NCBI GenBank assembly: GCA_964187785.1
Contig: OZ076421.1
Coordinates: 51,212,001-51,276,000, forward strand
Direction of reading: 5' to 3'
DNA from: Amphiscolops sp. MND2022
Taxonomy: Eukaryota
Length of the DNA stretch: 64,000 bases
Shown: piece by piece, positions 27,691-40,916 of the stretch
Layout: each line of letters opens with the position of its first letter
Numbering within the stretch: the first letter of the stretch is position 1
Position numbers and translations under genes: made by a program
Notes under the pieces: generated by a model
The model's database searches: none
Told to the model about the DNA's origin: nothing
What the model saw: only the letters and a program-made list of their open reading frames with translations

Positions 27691-28954
27691 TGTATGCCCA
27701 TACACTCTTAAAATCAAGATATTTTGAATATAATGATTGACAAAAACTAGCAGCTCTGCAGAACCATCGATCTTCTATTGTTGTCATCGCTCTGGCAAAA
27801 AAATCTCAAAACAAAAAGTCTAAAGACCTGCTGAACCGTTCAATGTTTCATTCCACCTTTAAAGTCGAAGAACTAATCAAGAAATAAATGACTGCCATTA
27901 TCCAGCTTCAATGGTACTACCAAGGACAGTTTTCTCGGGTCGCCGGTGCCAATTCTCAGATCATTAAACACATATTAAGAGCAATTTTAATTCCAATTTT
28001 TATGATGCCAAATTTGACTCCAAATTTTACCGCTGCGCTGGTTCTCAAACCTGATTGGTTGTGTGGTTTTTCGTAGCTTGAGCACCTAGAAGGTTTGTAA
28101 TTTTCAGATCAGTCACTGAATAACTTCACAAGAAAGTGAGCTGATTTTATAAGTGAGTAACAATTTTTGCTTTTCTGTTGCTTTTTAAGTTCTCAAAAAA
28201 CTGCTTCAAAACACGAAATCGTAAACAAACGCAAAACGAAAAGTGCATAAGGGTCAAAAACCAATTTTGTCAAAAACCAAAGCAGACCCAACTAAATCCG
28301 ACGTGGTAAGGTAGAACTGTTATTTTTATCACAAGAGGCAAAAAACTTCTATTTAAAAAAAAACAAACATCTTCTGATCGCGATTGAAAGTTAAACAAAC
28401 AAAAGTGAATTTTTCGGAACAAAACAGACCCTATGGATTACTTATGCAATTTCGATCTCAGATAACTCAAAAAATTGAGCAATAATTCCGTAGCTTACTG
28501 CATTATTAAAACCAAAAGATTAATTTTGAGTAAAAATTTGTCCTAATTAAACAAATTTGCAAAGTGCCGAAGGAGCTCTTAGTGACACTTATCGAACACC
28601 AACATATATTCCACCTTTTTTAAAAAGAGAACAGAATCCGCATTTCCAAAAATCACTGCAATCTGAGACTTTGAATTTCGATGAATTACGTTGCAAAAAT
28701 GTTTTGGTTATATTGACATCTGAGGTTGTTTTTTGTTTTTTTTCTGAACCTCGTTGCATTTTCAGTTTTTGAAGCTTTTGAAATTCGATGTCGAAATCTG
28801 CCAGACAAAAATCTACCGTTTGAAATCTGCCAGATAGAATGAAGCCAAAAATTAGGTTGTATGACTCGGCCTTTCAGCTTCCGCGGCGCTTCGCGTTTCA
28901 ACAGGTAGGCCTTTGTCAAAACCAGCTGTTGGGCCAAACATGGCATGCCCTTGT

Positions 28955-29495
28955 TGAAACTGCTTGAACTTTTTGCATGTACTTTAATGTTGCCAGCAAC
29001 TTTTATTATGATTTTCTAAAACTCTTACGGAAACTTTCATGCGAAAATTTGTGCCTGTTATATTTAACTTTTATCAAGCTGCTTGAAAGATTCGTCAAAG
29101 TTTTGGCGGCAATTTTAAGCCTTGAAGTTTTGCAGGTTTCATTAAGCAGCAGTTATAATTTTGAAAGCAAATAAGGCGCTATCAATTTTACCGCTAAATC
29201 AATGCAAAATAACTTCAGCTGCATAATAAACTGCAAGTTAGCGTCATGTCTAGCGTGCTATTTGAGAAGCGGTGATCACATCAGATGAGTAGTTGAGAAA
29301 CAAAGTGTGAATACAAAGTGATCGTGTCGGTAATCTAGTGTAATTTATTTTCAATTTTAATTACAATAGTGGAAAATGCAGTGTAATTGTACATGATTTA
29401 CCAACTGAAGTTCACTGAATTTTCTAGGTTTTATAAAAGATTACCCTGCATGCATGCCTGCAGCATGTAAAAAGTTCCTGCAGCTTCAACTAGGG
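28955..29495 (+). repeat. Old dispersed non-coding repeat family
   Basis: Diverged homology to 3400-3700 (-), 32150-32370 (-) and 32625-32905 (+); shared anchors ATCAATTTTACCGC, GCAGCATGTAAAAAGTTC, GAAACTGCTYGAAC. Confidence 0.6.
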
Positions 29496-29533
29496 TGTCG
29501 CTTTGCTTTTTTAATCAGGGTGCCATTGGTATG

Positions 29534-30132
29534 TTAACCCTAAACGAACGGGCGTTTTTGCAATTTTTCAAAAAACTGGATTAAAAAATTTAAATCATCA
29601 ATATCTCCACAACTACGCGTACCAGAGTAACGAACTATAGAAAGATCTGGTATTGGGCTTTCATTTTAGTCAGGTGAGCCCCTGTCGCCGCGCGCCCCCT
29701 CTTTCAGAATTTTAGTTCCTTTTTCCGGTACCGCCGCTCCGCGGCAGTTCCGCATTTCGTGCGACCCGTTGCGCGGGGGCTTGCAGTAACCACAAAATAT
29801 TATTTGGATTTGTTGCGTAAGAAGTTATTTTGCAAGTGTATGGGGTTGGTTTTTGCCTTGGGACAAGATTTTTCGAGAAAACTGGATATAGCCAAAAACT
29901 GAAATTTAGAAAAAAACAACAATTTTTGTGCAAACAAACTCATTTTTTTCAGTTTTGGAGACATTCACTTTTCCTAAAGCTTGTGCCATTCAAACCAATC
30001 TAGGTACTAAGGAATTTTTGAAAAAGAGAGAATTTCTCTGTGCTAGTGAATATGGGCTACTGGCAAAACGGATTAGAATTTGAAAAAAAAAGATATATGA
30101 CTTTAAAATACTGCTGGGTTGTTTAGGGTTAG
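29534..30132. mobile_element. piggyBac-like MITE (candidate)
   Basis: Left TTAA-CCCTAAAC (29534-29545), right GTTTAGGG-TTAG (30121-30132): CCCT/AGGG termini, TTAA target degraded on one side; no coding capacity. Confidence 0.45.
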
Positions 30133-33100
30133 CGCTGGTAATCGTGGTTTCCTAATTCAGGAGTGTTTAACCAAAGCTTTTTGTCTAGGTGATTTTAACC
30201 AAAAAGACTCTAAACTGATACACTTTTGGGACGCTTTAATTTAGGTATTTGGTGAAAAGTATTCAAAAACATTCGAGTAGGCGGAAAAAAGTTAGAAAAA
30301 TATAATTTTCAGTTAGATCTGGTGTGATTGTTTACCCGGGTTTGAAAAATTCATAATTTTGTAATTGACTTGATATGGAAACAAAAACAATTTTCCTTGT
30401 TATCAGATACAGTTTGGACAATGGACAAGCTGATCGCGATGATTCGAGCTATGATGCTTATCTGCTGCAGTCTTGTGGAATTGGGATATGGGGCTAAGGT
30501 CCCGCAATGTAAGAATGTTTAAGACAATATAAAAAACCTGTGACGTCACTTTTTTGAAGCACATCAGTTGAGGAATGGATTCAGCCGGAAAAAAAGCTCT
30601 CATCGCCAAATCTGAAAAACCTAGTTCGACGTCTTTTGTTTTCAGTGCTCAATTAACGACAATTATCGAATGTTCGTGCGGCAGATTTTAAAAAACTGAA
30701 ACTGGAAGTCAAAGCATCATTGAATACTGAATCAAACATGATGATGATAGTGTTGTTATTTTTCCTAATACAATAAATCCGGTTGACAAGAGTCAAACCA
30801 ACCTCTAGTTGAGGGACGTTTTCACGCTTTTTGCAGAGAAACTAGACAGAATTAATGCAAAACATGAAACCTTCTTAGCGTCTGTTTGGAAGAGTTTGGT
30901 AATTTACTAGCACACTATTTCAATCAAAATTTTGAATAATTTCACCGTATGGAATATTTTGTCTCACACTTCTCAATTATTCATTTCATTTAGTCACCGT
31001 TAGTCAAATTGAACGCAAAAAAAATGTCGCTACTGTGATACGTATAAAGCTAATGAATTTAAATTGCATTAAAAGGCCGGCAAAATTGACAAGACTATGA
31101 TTGCATTGAAACAATTCAGTCTTTTTATGATTTGATACCATTGTGAATTCAAATTATGTGATAGCCGGGACATTTTACTTGAAAAAGTACAGTTTTTATT
31201 GTGTTTGATTCTCTTCTCTCAAACGAATTGAAAGCTGAAAAGGTTTAGTTTTTTTACAAAATTCTGGCACCAGTTTTCGGTATCTGATACTGATTTTGAT
31301 GATTAATCTCATTTGAAGAAGAAATCTCCCTGAAAAGGGGTAAGGCTGTAAACAAATTATTGCTAATACAAATGTTTTTTTGCTAGAATGATTGCTCAGG
31401 AAGAAACTCCATATTTTGATTTTATCTTCACTAGAACACATACAAGTCGCAACAAAATGTATGTATGGAACGAATGTATGAATAGAAACACTGCAAAGAC
31501 TAAATGTTATGTGAACGCGGATACAAGATACTTGCATTTTCGTTTCATTTTCTTAGTGTGCACTGATCTTACATCTTCGTGAACGCAGACACAAATTTCC
31601 AAATGGTACTGCGAAAATGATGGCCCAACTAACTACAACCTCGACTTCAGTACAGCAACTCACAGTTTTCAATTTAAGAAGTGGGATGTCTCAAAAAAAT
31701 GTGAGTTAACTTTTATTGCTTTGTAAACAAACAACGTCGAGCTACTTCCATAGTCAATACTGCTGTACCTTTTTACATTCACTAACAAGTTTTTTCTCAT
31801 CCAACCTAGAACATTTTGAGTTTGATTTTGAGGCGTATTCCCTAGCGCTGTAAAGGTCCTTTCTGCATCCCGGTCAGGTATGTGTCCACAAATGAAAAAA
31901 ATCCAATTTTGATTTGATTGTGTTTAGTTTATAACATTTATATTTATCAAACCAAATGAATTCAATGTTTAAATATTCAGGTAATTCTTCTGATGAATTC
32001 GCATGATGGTAAATCACACTTTGATTTCTAAACTACTCATCTGATGTAATCACATCTCAAATAGTAAGCTGAAGGTAACTCTAGTTCACAGTTTTCAACT
32101 TGACTGAAATTATTGTAATTTCAAATGGCGATGAAACTTATCACAACTTAACTCTAAAAGTAGAACCTAAAAGAGGAACAATATCCGAAAAAAACATGCA
32201 TAACTTCAGAGCTTGAAGTTACAGTAAAATGAGGATGTATTTTCAGGCAGTTTAACAACATTCGAAAACAAGAGGGAAATTTCCAATTGGAAGTTTCCGA
32301 GAGGATTTGAAAGATCATTGACAACTTTAAAATGGACGCAAAACGTTCGAGCAATTTCAGCAAGGGTCGAAATTGAATGGTTCAAAATTTTGTCTCGGGC
32401 AAAACATGATATCTTTGCACGTGATGCGTCGAGCACTTTGGGAACGTGCAACGGATTGATCTAATTGGACAGAAATCACATGTTGATTTTCACGAATTGA
32501 AGAATTGTTTCACTAACCTCAACACTGTTCCATGGCATGCAGGAACTACCGTATTTACTATCTAGATGAACTAAAACCGGAGCCCGGACAAATTTTCGTG
32601 CTTTCAAAATTTTATATTTCATGTTTTGCTGGTTTCATTAGGCAGCACTTCTAAATTTAAAAGCCGTTGAGACCTCATCAATTTTACCGCAATTCCAATG
32701 CAAATAAACTTCAATCACGACATAAGTTTCCAGGTAGCGTCATATTCAGCGTGCTATTTGACCAACGGTGACTACATAAGATACTTATTTGAGAAACGTA
32801 AGCGTGAAAACAAAATGTTTGCGACGGTGAGGAAGGGGACATGTTTTAATTGAAATAGTGGAAGCTGCATTGTATTCCTACAAAATGTCTCCCTGAATTT
32901 TCCGTGTTTTGTAAACCGCACATTTCGCGTATTTCCTCGTATTTCGCAGCCAATTAAAATGCCGCATATCCGATTGCATATTTCGTCGTAATCGAGTGTG
33001 ATAGCTTGCAAAGATGAATTTGAACTGCCTCAATCAACAAAACAGGTTACTATTTGAGTTTGTTTTGTTCGTTCTTTCACATTCCGGATTGGACTCAATT

Positions 33101-33175
33101 TGTGTGCTAAGCAATTCTACTATATCATGATGGTGTATTAACGGATTCGAATATATTTTAATTTAAATTTCAGAT

Positions 33176-34360
33176 ATGGCGAATCAAAATTCATCTAAGA
33201 GTTACAACATTGAAACTATTTTGGCGCATTCAGCAACCTTATCTGCGAAGCAGAGTGCTATTCAGGCGCTGAACAAGGATACATTTTATGAAGATGGGGG
33301 AATATTATTCTGCAAAATTTGCAATTGTGCTGTTGCTCATAGTCGCCAACCTTCCCTTGATCAACACAAAAACACCAAAAACCACTAGGACAATGAAAAG
33401 GTTCCCCAAAAAAAAACAAAAAACAATAACAACCTATTTTGCAGTCCAAAACGCTGCCAAGGACGAGAAGCTTATTTTTATAACCGATTATTTGTGCGCT
33501 CGCTTCCCGCAATATTCTCATTTATCTGGAAACAGAAAGTACAGATATCACGAACTTGAGAAACTGTTTTTGATATCTGAAAAAGAAAATATTGGAAAAC
33601 AACAGTCCCGATATTTTGGACGAATTATTGGATTTGTGAAGCGACTCAGTGCAATTTGAAATGACATGGGTGGAAATTTATTTTTAGCAAGTCGAAAAAA
33701 TGTGTTCAAAACACATTGAATCGTTTTCAATCAAATGTCGGGAAAGCAATGTGCGCTCAAACTCTACTAGAACTATTATGTCTTTCAATTAAAAAACGAG
33801 TCGAGGTTGATGATTTTTCGATATTTGACACCTTGGCTACGGATATTTTTTCAAGCCTACCTGATTATTATTTATCCCCTTTTGTCAAGGCTGATGCTGA
33901 TGATGCAGTCCTGGCTGAGTCGAAATATTTGAAATATTTTGACAATGATAGCGGTATTCATCAAGGGCTACAATTTTTGAAAATCGTTGCATTTTTCAAT
34001 CCAAAGCTGAGATTGGGAATGTCAAGGAGCGCGGTTTCCATTCCGGGAATGGATATATCCCCGATGCTGCATTTGACATTTACCAGACGAAACCCGCGAA
34101 TTTCAATTTGGATGTAACTAAATGGTTTGGAATCAATAAGAAACGGAATTTAGATAATTAAAGATTTCTGGCTGGCAAACACAAATTTATTGCCGAATTT
34201 AGCAAAATTGGCCCTGGAGTATGGTTTCCTCTTTTTTAGTTCAGCAGAAGTTGAGCGAAGCTTCTCGAAACTCAATGCCTTGACGTCGTGCGACCGCAAA
34301 CAATTTAAACCTGACTCAATTTCTAAAATTTTGTTTCTTTATTTTAATTTAAATGTTTAG
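33176..34360 (+). pseudogene. Decayed hAT-superfamily transposase with CGGBP1-like BED zinc finger
   Basis: N-terminal EDGGILFCKICNCAVAHSRQPSLDQHKNTKNH; C-terminal dimerisation motif FWLANTNLLPNLAKLALEYGFLFFSSAEVERSFSKL (34165-34360); frameshifts and a shortened catalytic core; GCATATTT-type subterminal repeats on both sides (32906-33000, 34375-34480). Confidence 0.85.
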
Positions 34361-35058
34361 AAATTGATTTTGAAACCCACATATTTTGCCATATTAGCCC
34401 GCATATTTGCCAATCCAATCTTAGCGCATATGCATGCCGCGTATTTTCAGAAACTATTTTGCATATTTCTAACAAGTTTGCTAGGGATATGAAAATTGAG
34501 TAAATAGAAACGCGGCAAACGTGTCAATGCAAGAACATGAAAAACTTCAAGTTTTGAGCTTATTGATAAAATTCGTTTATTGTCGTATATGTAATACGAT
34601 AGAATCCGAACTGAGTATTTGGACGTCTGATTACCAAAAAATTATTTACAGGCTTCATTTTCTAGCTGCACGATTTATGAATTCTATCTTGGTGCTAGTA
34701 TACTTTCAAGTTTACTTTAGACACCACCAAGAATTCAGTTTCCTTCCACTGTTTTAAGATCATTTTGTCTCAAAAACAAAATATGACGCAGTTAGTAAAT
34801 TCAATTTGAACAGTTTGTATTAAAGCTTACTTAATTAACATAGCGAATATGACAAGGTACTTTGTCTTGAAGCCAAAGTCAATGACGAAAAATTGGTCTT
34901 TACACCGAAACATCGCATGAGAGATACAAAGTATACAGCAAGAGACAACAGGAAATCCACATCGCCCCAATTCGAAAAGAAGACGAACAGACACACAATA
35001 AGCACAAAAAACAAATACAAAAAAGTTTTATCCAGGGACCGAAAGCGTTCTATCAAAG

Positions 35059-35525
35059 GGTATGCGGAAAACTCGTCGAAAACAACTCGCCAAATGCAAC
35101 TCGTCGAAAACAACTCGTCGAAAATAAAGGGCGGAAAACTGGTCGAAAATTAACTCGTCGAATAATTACAGATTACAAACAAGGATTATTCAGTTCTAAT
35201 TGTGCTAATTATGGATTAACTTTCTTTAATTGATTTTCAGTTTCGCGCATAATATAGCTTTTCTAGTTATAAAATTGCTTGAAATGTTTCACTTTTATAG
35301 TTAACAGTGTAATATTTCAAAATAAGTTGGAACTTAATAACACAGTACGGTCACAAAGTTAGCGCTATATTTGTCTGAGATTATTTTCTATTCTTGAGAC
35401 GAGTTTTCCGCCAGTGAATTTTCGGCGAGTTGCTTTTCGACGAGTTTTCCGCCTAGTATTTTCGACCAGTTGTTTTCGGCGAGTTGTTTTCGACGAGTTG
35501 TTTTCGACGAGTTTTCCTAGATTCC
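35059..35525. mobile_element. 467-bp foldback MITE with GG...CC ends and 8-bp TSD
   Basis: Arms built of AAAACAACTCGTCG-type repeats in opposite orientation (35066-35165, 35397-35517); TATCAAAG duplicated at 35051-35058 and 35526-35533. Confidence 0.88.
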
Positions 35526-36147
35526 TATCAAAGTGCCAGAGCCAGATAGAAAACAGAATTCCGGTAACCAGACAGAAGAGAAAGAAGAAAAAACTATTCA
35601 ATGAGCAATACCTACTAACTTATCGAAAGGGATGTCATTATAACAACCAGGGAAATTACAACCAGAGGGACGAAAACTCGGAAACCGATGAGAACAGCTT
35701 TCAAGGCTGCCAACTGAAGCAAAGGGTCGAATCTTGACATCGAATGTTTTTCGGGAGGACATCATTACACCATTAGCTTCCCAAAATGTTCAAGGACTGC
35801 TGGTTCTTTTCTTTGAAATTCAGTTGATTAACATAAAAAGGCGACTGGAGTGTTGTCCATGGATGCATCTCCACAACCCCTCCGACCCCACCTTAATTGA
35901 GCTTCAGCCAATGGGGGGATCGCTCAGGTTAGAATGTGTGGCGCCACCAGAGTTTTGACATCGCACGCAATTTTTTTCGCTATTCGCTAAACCGCTTATA
36001 AAAAATTGCTATTTCGCTGAAAAACTTTTTCTTCAAGCTATTAAAGGTTCGAATTCAAGTATGTTCCAAAATCCAATGATAACTTAATCCATTTTTTGCA
36101 AGAAAAAAGACAAATTTCTCATACTGTGAGTTTCACAATTGCAATTT

Positions 36148-36192
36148 TTTCTAGTTGGAATTTTTTCTAGTTGGAATTTTTTTCTAGTTGGA
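36148..36192. repeat. Short tandem repeat TTTTTTCTAGTTGGAA x3
   Basis: Seen directly. Confidence 0.75.
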
Positions 36193-36719
36193 AACTGGCC
36201 ACCACACTGAAGACACTTGACATTTGTACACGGGACTCTGAGACCGCAATAACGTTTCAATGTTTTATTTCATTTTTTTGCAATTTTTTGCATTCTCCTG
36301 AAACAACCTAATTGCCACTGTAGATGTGTTGGACTGTTGAAAAACAATCTAGATTGTCTGGTTTTCTTTCATTTCCAAATATTGTTTTGCTGCTGAATCT
36401 GATGATTGAACAAAATTCAATGACTGTTTCTTCGGTTTCTTCAGTGAACTGCAGTCATCAATTTGTAAAAGTCAGTGACAACTTCTAGTTTTCTTCAACT
36501 TCAAATTCAAAGTTTGATCATCAGCATTTTGTTTGAATTTCAGTTTTATTCCAATTTAATGATCCCAAACCACCACTTACTGTCACGAATTCTTGCCCTG
36601 GAGATAGCGATTCTGGAACGTTGCAAACAATCAATATATTTTTGTCATCAACTGCGCAAGCAACTGATGGGGCTCCGTTAACCATTGACGGCAATAATTT
36701 CTTCGGATGGGTGAGTCAG

Positions 36720-37000
36720 TATCTACAGATCATATAAACAATCTATAGATCTATATAGATCACAGGATCTATACATTCTCTATACAGTATCCTTACATTA
36801 TCCATACAATATCTACAGAGTATCTACACAGTATCTATATAGAGCGCCCGGCCAAGTTAGAGCCGTTTTACAAAGCGCAGGCCAAGTTGAACAATTACTG
36901 AGATTGCGCGGCCAACTTAGTGAGAGCATTTATCTCGGCCTGCGGTTTCATCACAAATCGCCGGCCAAGTTGAATGATTTCAAAAATCACGGCCAAGTTA
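36720..37000. repeat. Degenerate TATCTA(C/T)A microsatellite followed by a TIR-like end with repeated GGCCAAGTT
   Basis: TATAGAGCGCCCGGCCAAGTT at 36838, then four more GGCCAA(G/C)TT motifs. Confidence 0.55.
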
Positions 37001-37929
37001 AACTATCAACACCTCCATCCCACAATTTGTATGCAATTTCTTAGTAGTTGGAGAGGTTTCTCAGTTAGTGTGTTTCTTCTACAATCTCACTGTCAGAAAG
37101 AAGATTACATGAATTGAATTTCGAATTACTGAACTTGTTTTCTGCCGTTTTGCACAGACCGATTTTAAGATTGTTTTCTGCTTTTTAAATGTTTTTCGAT
37201 TTTTGATTTTGTGTTTCGTTTCATATAACCAGAAGGTTCTGCAATTATACTGTGTATATAATATATGCTCGTACATTTAAGCAATGTACAAAGAATTACA
37301 ACCAAAAAATCCTACAGATGTTTCATATGTACAATAAATTACAAATAGGAACGTCTGATAAATAATTTTGGCACACCAATTTATAAACTACAAAATAAGG
37401 TGTAATTTTAGTACAAATGGATTTCATGCGATTTAAAGATCTAAATACAATTTCAAATGCGCATTAAATTCCTATACCTAATTCTCCCACACCAGTGTTT
37501 TATATGCCTTGTAAACAGTACATTTATTTCTAGTACAATTGCATAACATCTTGCTAGCAATCATGGAAAGGTTTTGTAAAACTAAGTGCTAATTATTTAA
37601 AGGATCCAACAATTACTTAGACAAAAATTCAGGTTGTTAATTGATTGGTACATGTGTATTGTAATTTTACAAAGAAAGAAATACAGCAAAAAAATAGGTA
37701 GTACTAAAAAATAACCGGGTGAGAAAGTACTGAAGAACCACAAGGAATTGGCTATTTGCACAATGCCTAGTTAAGTACTGAACCAAAATATAGGAAATGG
37801 TACGAAGTTTTTTGGCCAGTCTTGTGGTCTCGTCTTTACCACTGTTTGCCTCATTTGTCGACTGGTCTGGAAGTCACGTTGTTTTGTAATCGGTCATTTG
37901 ACGCCGAAACAGACTCAAACTTGAAAAAA

Positions 37930-39255
37930 CAAGAAATTGTGAGAAACTCGGTTTTGGTTGGCGAAGAAGAAACGAGCGAGTAATTTGAAAAAAAATGCTT
38001 TGAATAAATTTTGAGATATCCGATTGTATTTGGTTGAAATTACCGGTAGAAAAGATTTTTTTAAAAAAAACTTTGATGAAATTCGGAGACACTCGGTTTT
38101 CATTGGCTGCGGATTTAATGAAATTCGGAGACACCTGATTGTATTTGGTTGAAGGGACGCGACGGAAAAAAATTGAAAAAATGACATTATGAGACTCTCG
38201 CTTTTGATTGGCTGCGAGGAAACGTGCGGAAAATTGAAAAATACTTTGATGAAATTCTGAGACACTGGCTTTTGATTGGCTACGAGGAAAAGTGAGGAAA
38301 ATATAAAAAATACTTCGATGAAATTTCGAGACACTCGGTTTTGATTGGCTGCGAGGAAACGTGCTGAAAACTTAAAAACACTTCAATGAAATTCTGAGAC
38401 ACTCACTTTTGATTGGTTGCGAAGCAATGTGCGGAAAAATTTAAAAAACACTTTGATGAAATTCTGAGACACTGGCGTTTGATTGGCTGCGATGAAACGT
38501 GAGGAAAAATTGAAGAAATACTTTGATGAAATTTCGAGACACTCTGTTTTGATTAGCTGCGATGAAACGTGCGGAAAATTAAAAAAATACTTCGATGAAA
38601 TTCTGAGACATTGGCTTTTGATTGGCTGTGAGGAAACGTTAGGACAGTTTAAAAAAATACGTTGATGAAATTTTGAGACACTCGGTTTTGATTGGCTGCG
38701 AAGAAACGTGCGGAAAACCTAAAAATACATTAATGAAATTCTGAGACACTCACTTTTGATTGGCTGCGAAGTAATGTGCGGAAAAGTTAAAGAAGACTTT
38801 GATGAAATTCTGAGACTTTGGCGTTTGATTGGCTGCGATCAAACGTGAGGAAAATTTAATAAAACACTTTGATGAAATTTCGAGACACGCGGTTTTGATT
38901 GGCTGCAAGGAAACGTGCGGAAAATTAAAAAATACTCTGATGAAATTCTGAGACACTGGCTTTTGATTGGCTGCGAGGAAACGTTTGGAAAATTAAAAAA
39001 AAAACAGATGAAATTTCAAGACACTCGGTTTGGATTGGCTCCGAGGAAACGTGCGGAAAACTTAAAAATACTCAATGAAATTCTGAGACACTCACTTTTG
39101 ATTGGCTGCGAAGAAATGTTCGGAAAAGTTAAAAAAGACTTTAATGAAGTTCTGAGACACTCACTTTTGATTGGCTGCGAAGAACAGTTAAAATTCTCTT
39201 GATGAAATTATGAGACACTCGCTTTTGATTGGCTGCGAGGAAAGGTGCGGAAAAA
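37930..39255. repeat. 69-bp satellite array 1 (~19 monomers, 5-mer higher-order repeat)
   Basis: Consensus TTGATGAAATTCTGAGACACTCGCTTTTGATTGGCTGCGAGGAAACGTGCGGAAAATTAAAAAATAC; equivalent variants recur at 38245, 38591, 38936. Confidence 0.95.
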
Positions 39256-39529
39256 ATGTGTCATTAGTTAACACTTAACCTACGAGACTATCCCATTTCC
39301 ACTAAATTGCATTCAAATACCTCAAATTTCAACATTTTGTGGCAGTTCCAATTCGCATTGCGTTTGGATGAAATTACTTTCCAATTAGCAATAGTTGTAG
39401 AAGTTGCATGATCAAGAGTTTAAAAATGATGAAAATACCTTCCGTCGGATAATTAAATGAAATGATTTGCTATTTTTATTAATGTAACAATAACTTAAAA
39501 TCTTGGTACTCCAAACATGCTTTTGAGGC

Positions 39530-40150
39530 AGCGAAGAAATAGAAACCTATTTTTCACTTTGATTTGATTGAATTTGACCATAAAACAACCCATGATTTTT
39601 GATCTTTTCAAAAATCTCTTTTATAGGTCCAAAGCTGCTTCCGGAGTACTGGGGGGCACCTATTGAAAGTATTCTGAGCAAAACTACCAATATGCATCGT
39701 TTTTGCGGAAACGAAGAAAAAGAAACTTATTTTTCACGATTATTTGATTGTATTTGACCATAAAACAATCCTTGATTTTTGATTTTTTCCAGTAAGTCTT
39801 TCATAGGTCCAAAAATGTTTCTGAAGTACTGAGGGGCACCCATTGAAAACATTCTGAGCAAAACTACCAATATGAATCTTTTTTGTGGAAACGAAGAAAA
39901 AGGAACCTATTTTTTATGCTGATTTGATTGAATTTGACCATAAAACAATCCCTGATCTTCGATTTCTTCCAATATATCTTTTATAGGTCCAAAATTGCTT
40001 CCGGAGTACTGGGGGGGCACATATTGGAAGTGTTCTGAGCAAAACTGCCAATTTGCATCGTATTTGTGGAAACGGAGAAAAAGAAACCTATTTTTCACGT
40101 TGATTTGATTGTATTTGACCATAAAACGATCCTTGATTTTTGATTTTTTA
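39530..40150. repeat. 180-bp tandem repeat (~3.4 copies)
   Basis: GAAACCTATTTTT anchor at 39542, 39722, 39902, 40083. Confidence 0.92.
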
Positions 40151-40163
40151 TCCATTGTCTCCT

Positions 40164-40916
40164 GATATCAATCTAAAGCATAATTTCACATATCACAGTT
40201 CAAATGGGATATTTCAGTGTGCTTTAGCTGGTTCTTGGGCTCCAATGAATATCTTCCGCCAGCCACGAATTGTATTGTAAGAGAAATCAGGAATTTTCCA
40301 TCAATTATGGCAGCGGTTCTTGTAATCAACACAGGACCTGGATGGCACTAAATATAGCCTAAACCAAAACTATAGGCATGGAAAAAGTGCACAATGTGCT
40401 TGAGAACAAATTTTTATACTTAAAAAGTTCTAGTAATTATTCCAAATATTGCAGGAAAAAAGTCGTCCCATATCACTGTTTTGATGAACACTTTTGGGGG
40501 TCCGAAAATTTTTCTAGTTGCCGTAGGTGCGTCAAATCACCACTGCGTAACTTGTACCCATAGTAAGTGACGAAAATGGGTGCAATGTAGACCAACTCTC
40601 AGCATAGCTATTTTCAGACGGTGCGAGAAGTTAACTTCGAACATATCCTTTTTCGAAAAAAACATACATAGGTACACTCAGGCATCTAAAACCACTTGAT
40701 ATCAAACTAAGGCATAAATTCACATATCACAGGTCCCATAGTATACGTCAGTGTGCTTTAGTTGGTTCTTGGGCACAATTAAAAAACTTCCGCCAGCCAA
40801 GAACGGTATGGTAGGAAACATCAGGAATTGTTCCATCATTTATGGCAGCGGTTCATGCAATCAACACAGGACCCGGAGGGCCCTAAATATAACCTAAATT
40901 AAAAGTATAGGCATTG
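40164..40916. repeat. Pair of ~215-bp diverged direct repeats 534 bp apart
   Basis: 40164-40379 aligns with 40698-40916 (GATATCAA..CAGTGTGCTTTAG..TATAGGCAT). Confidence 0.85.

Noticed and set aside
29534-30132. Telomeric TTAGGG repeats
   Set aside because: Only single units at each end; better explained as TTAA-CCCT transposon termini.
30400-30900. Second hAT transposase remnant on the minus strand (SDLAMRAFF / IHSSTDV)
   Set aside because: Only a faint motif echo across frameshifts; not supportable without a profile search.
34893-35737. ORFs 34893-35153, 35365-35601 and 35414-35737
   Set aside because: Largely translations of the MITE's 14-bp repeats.
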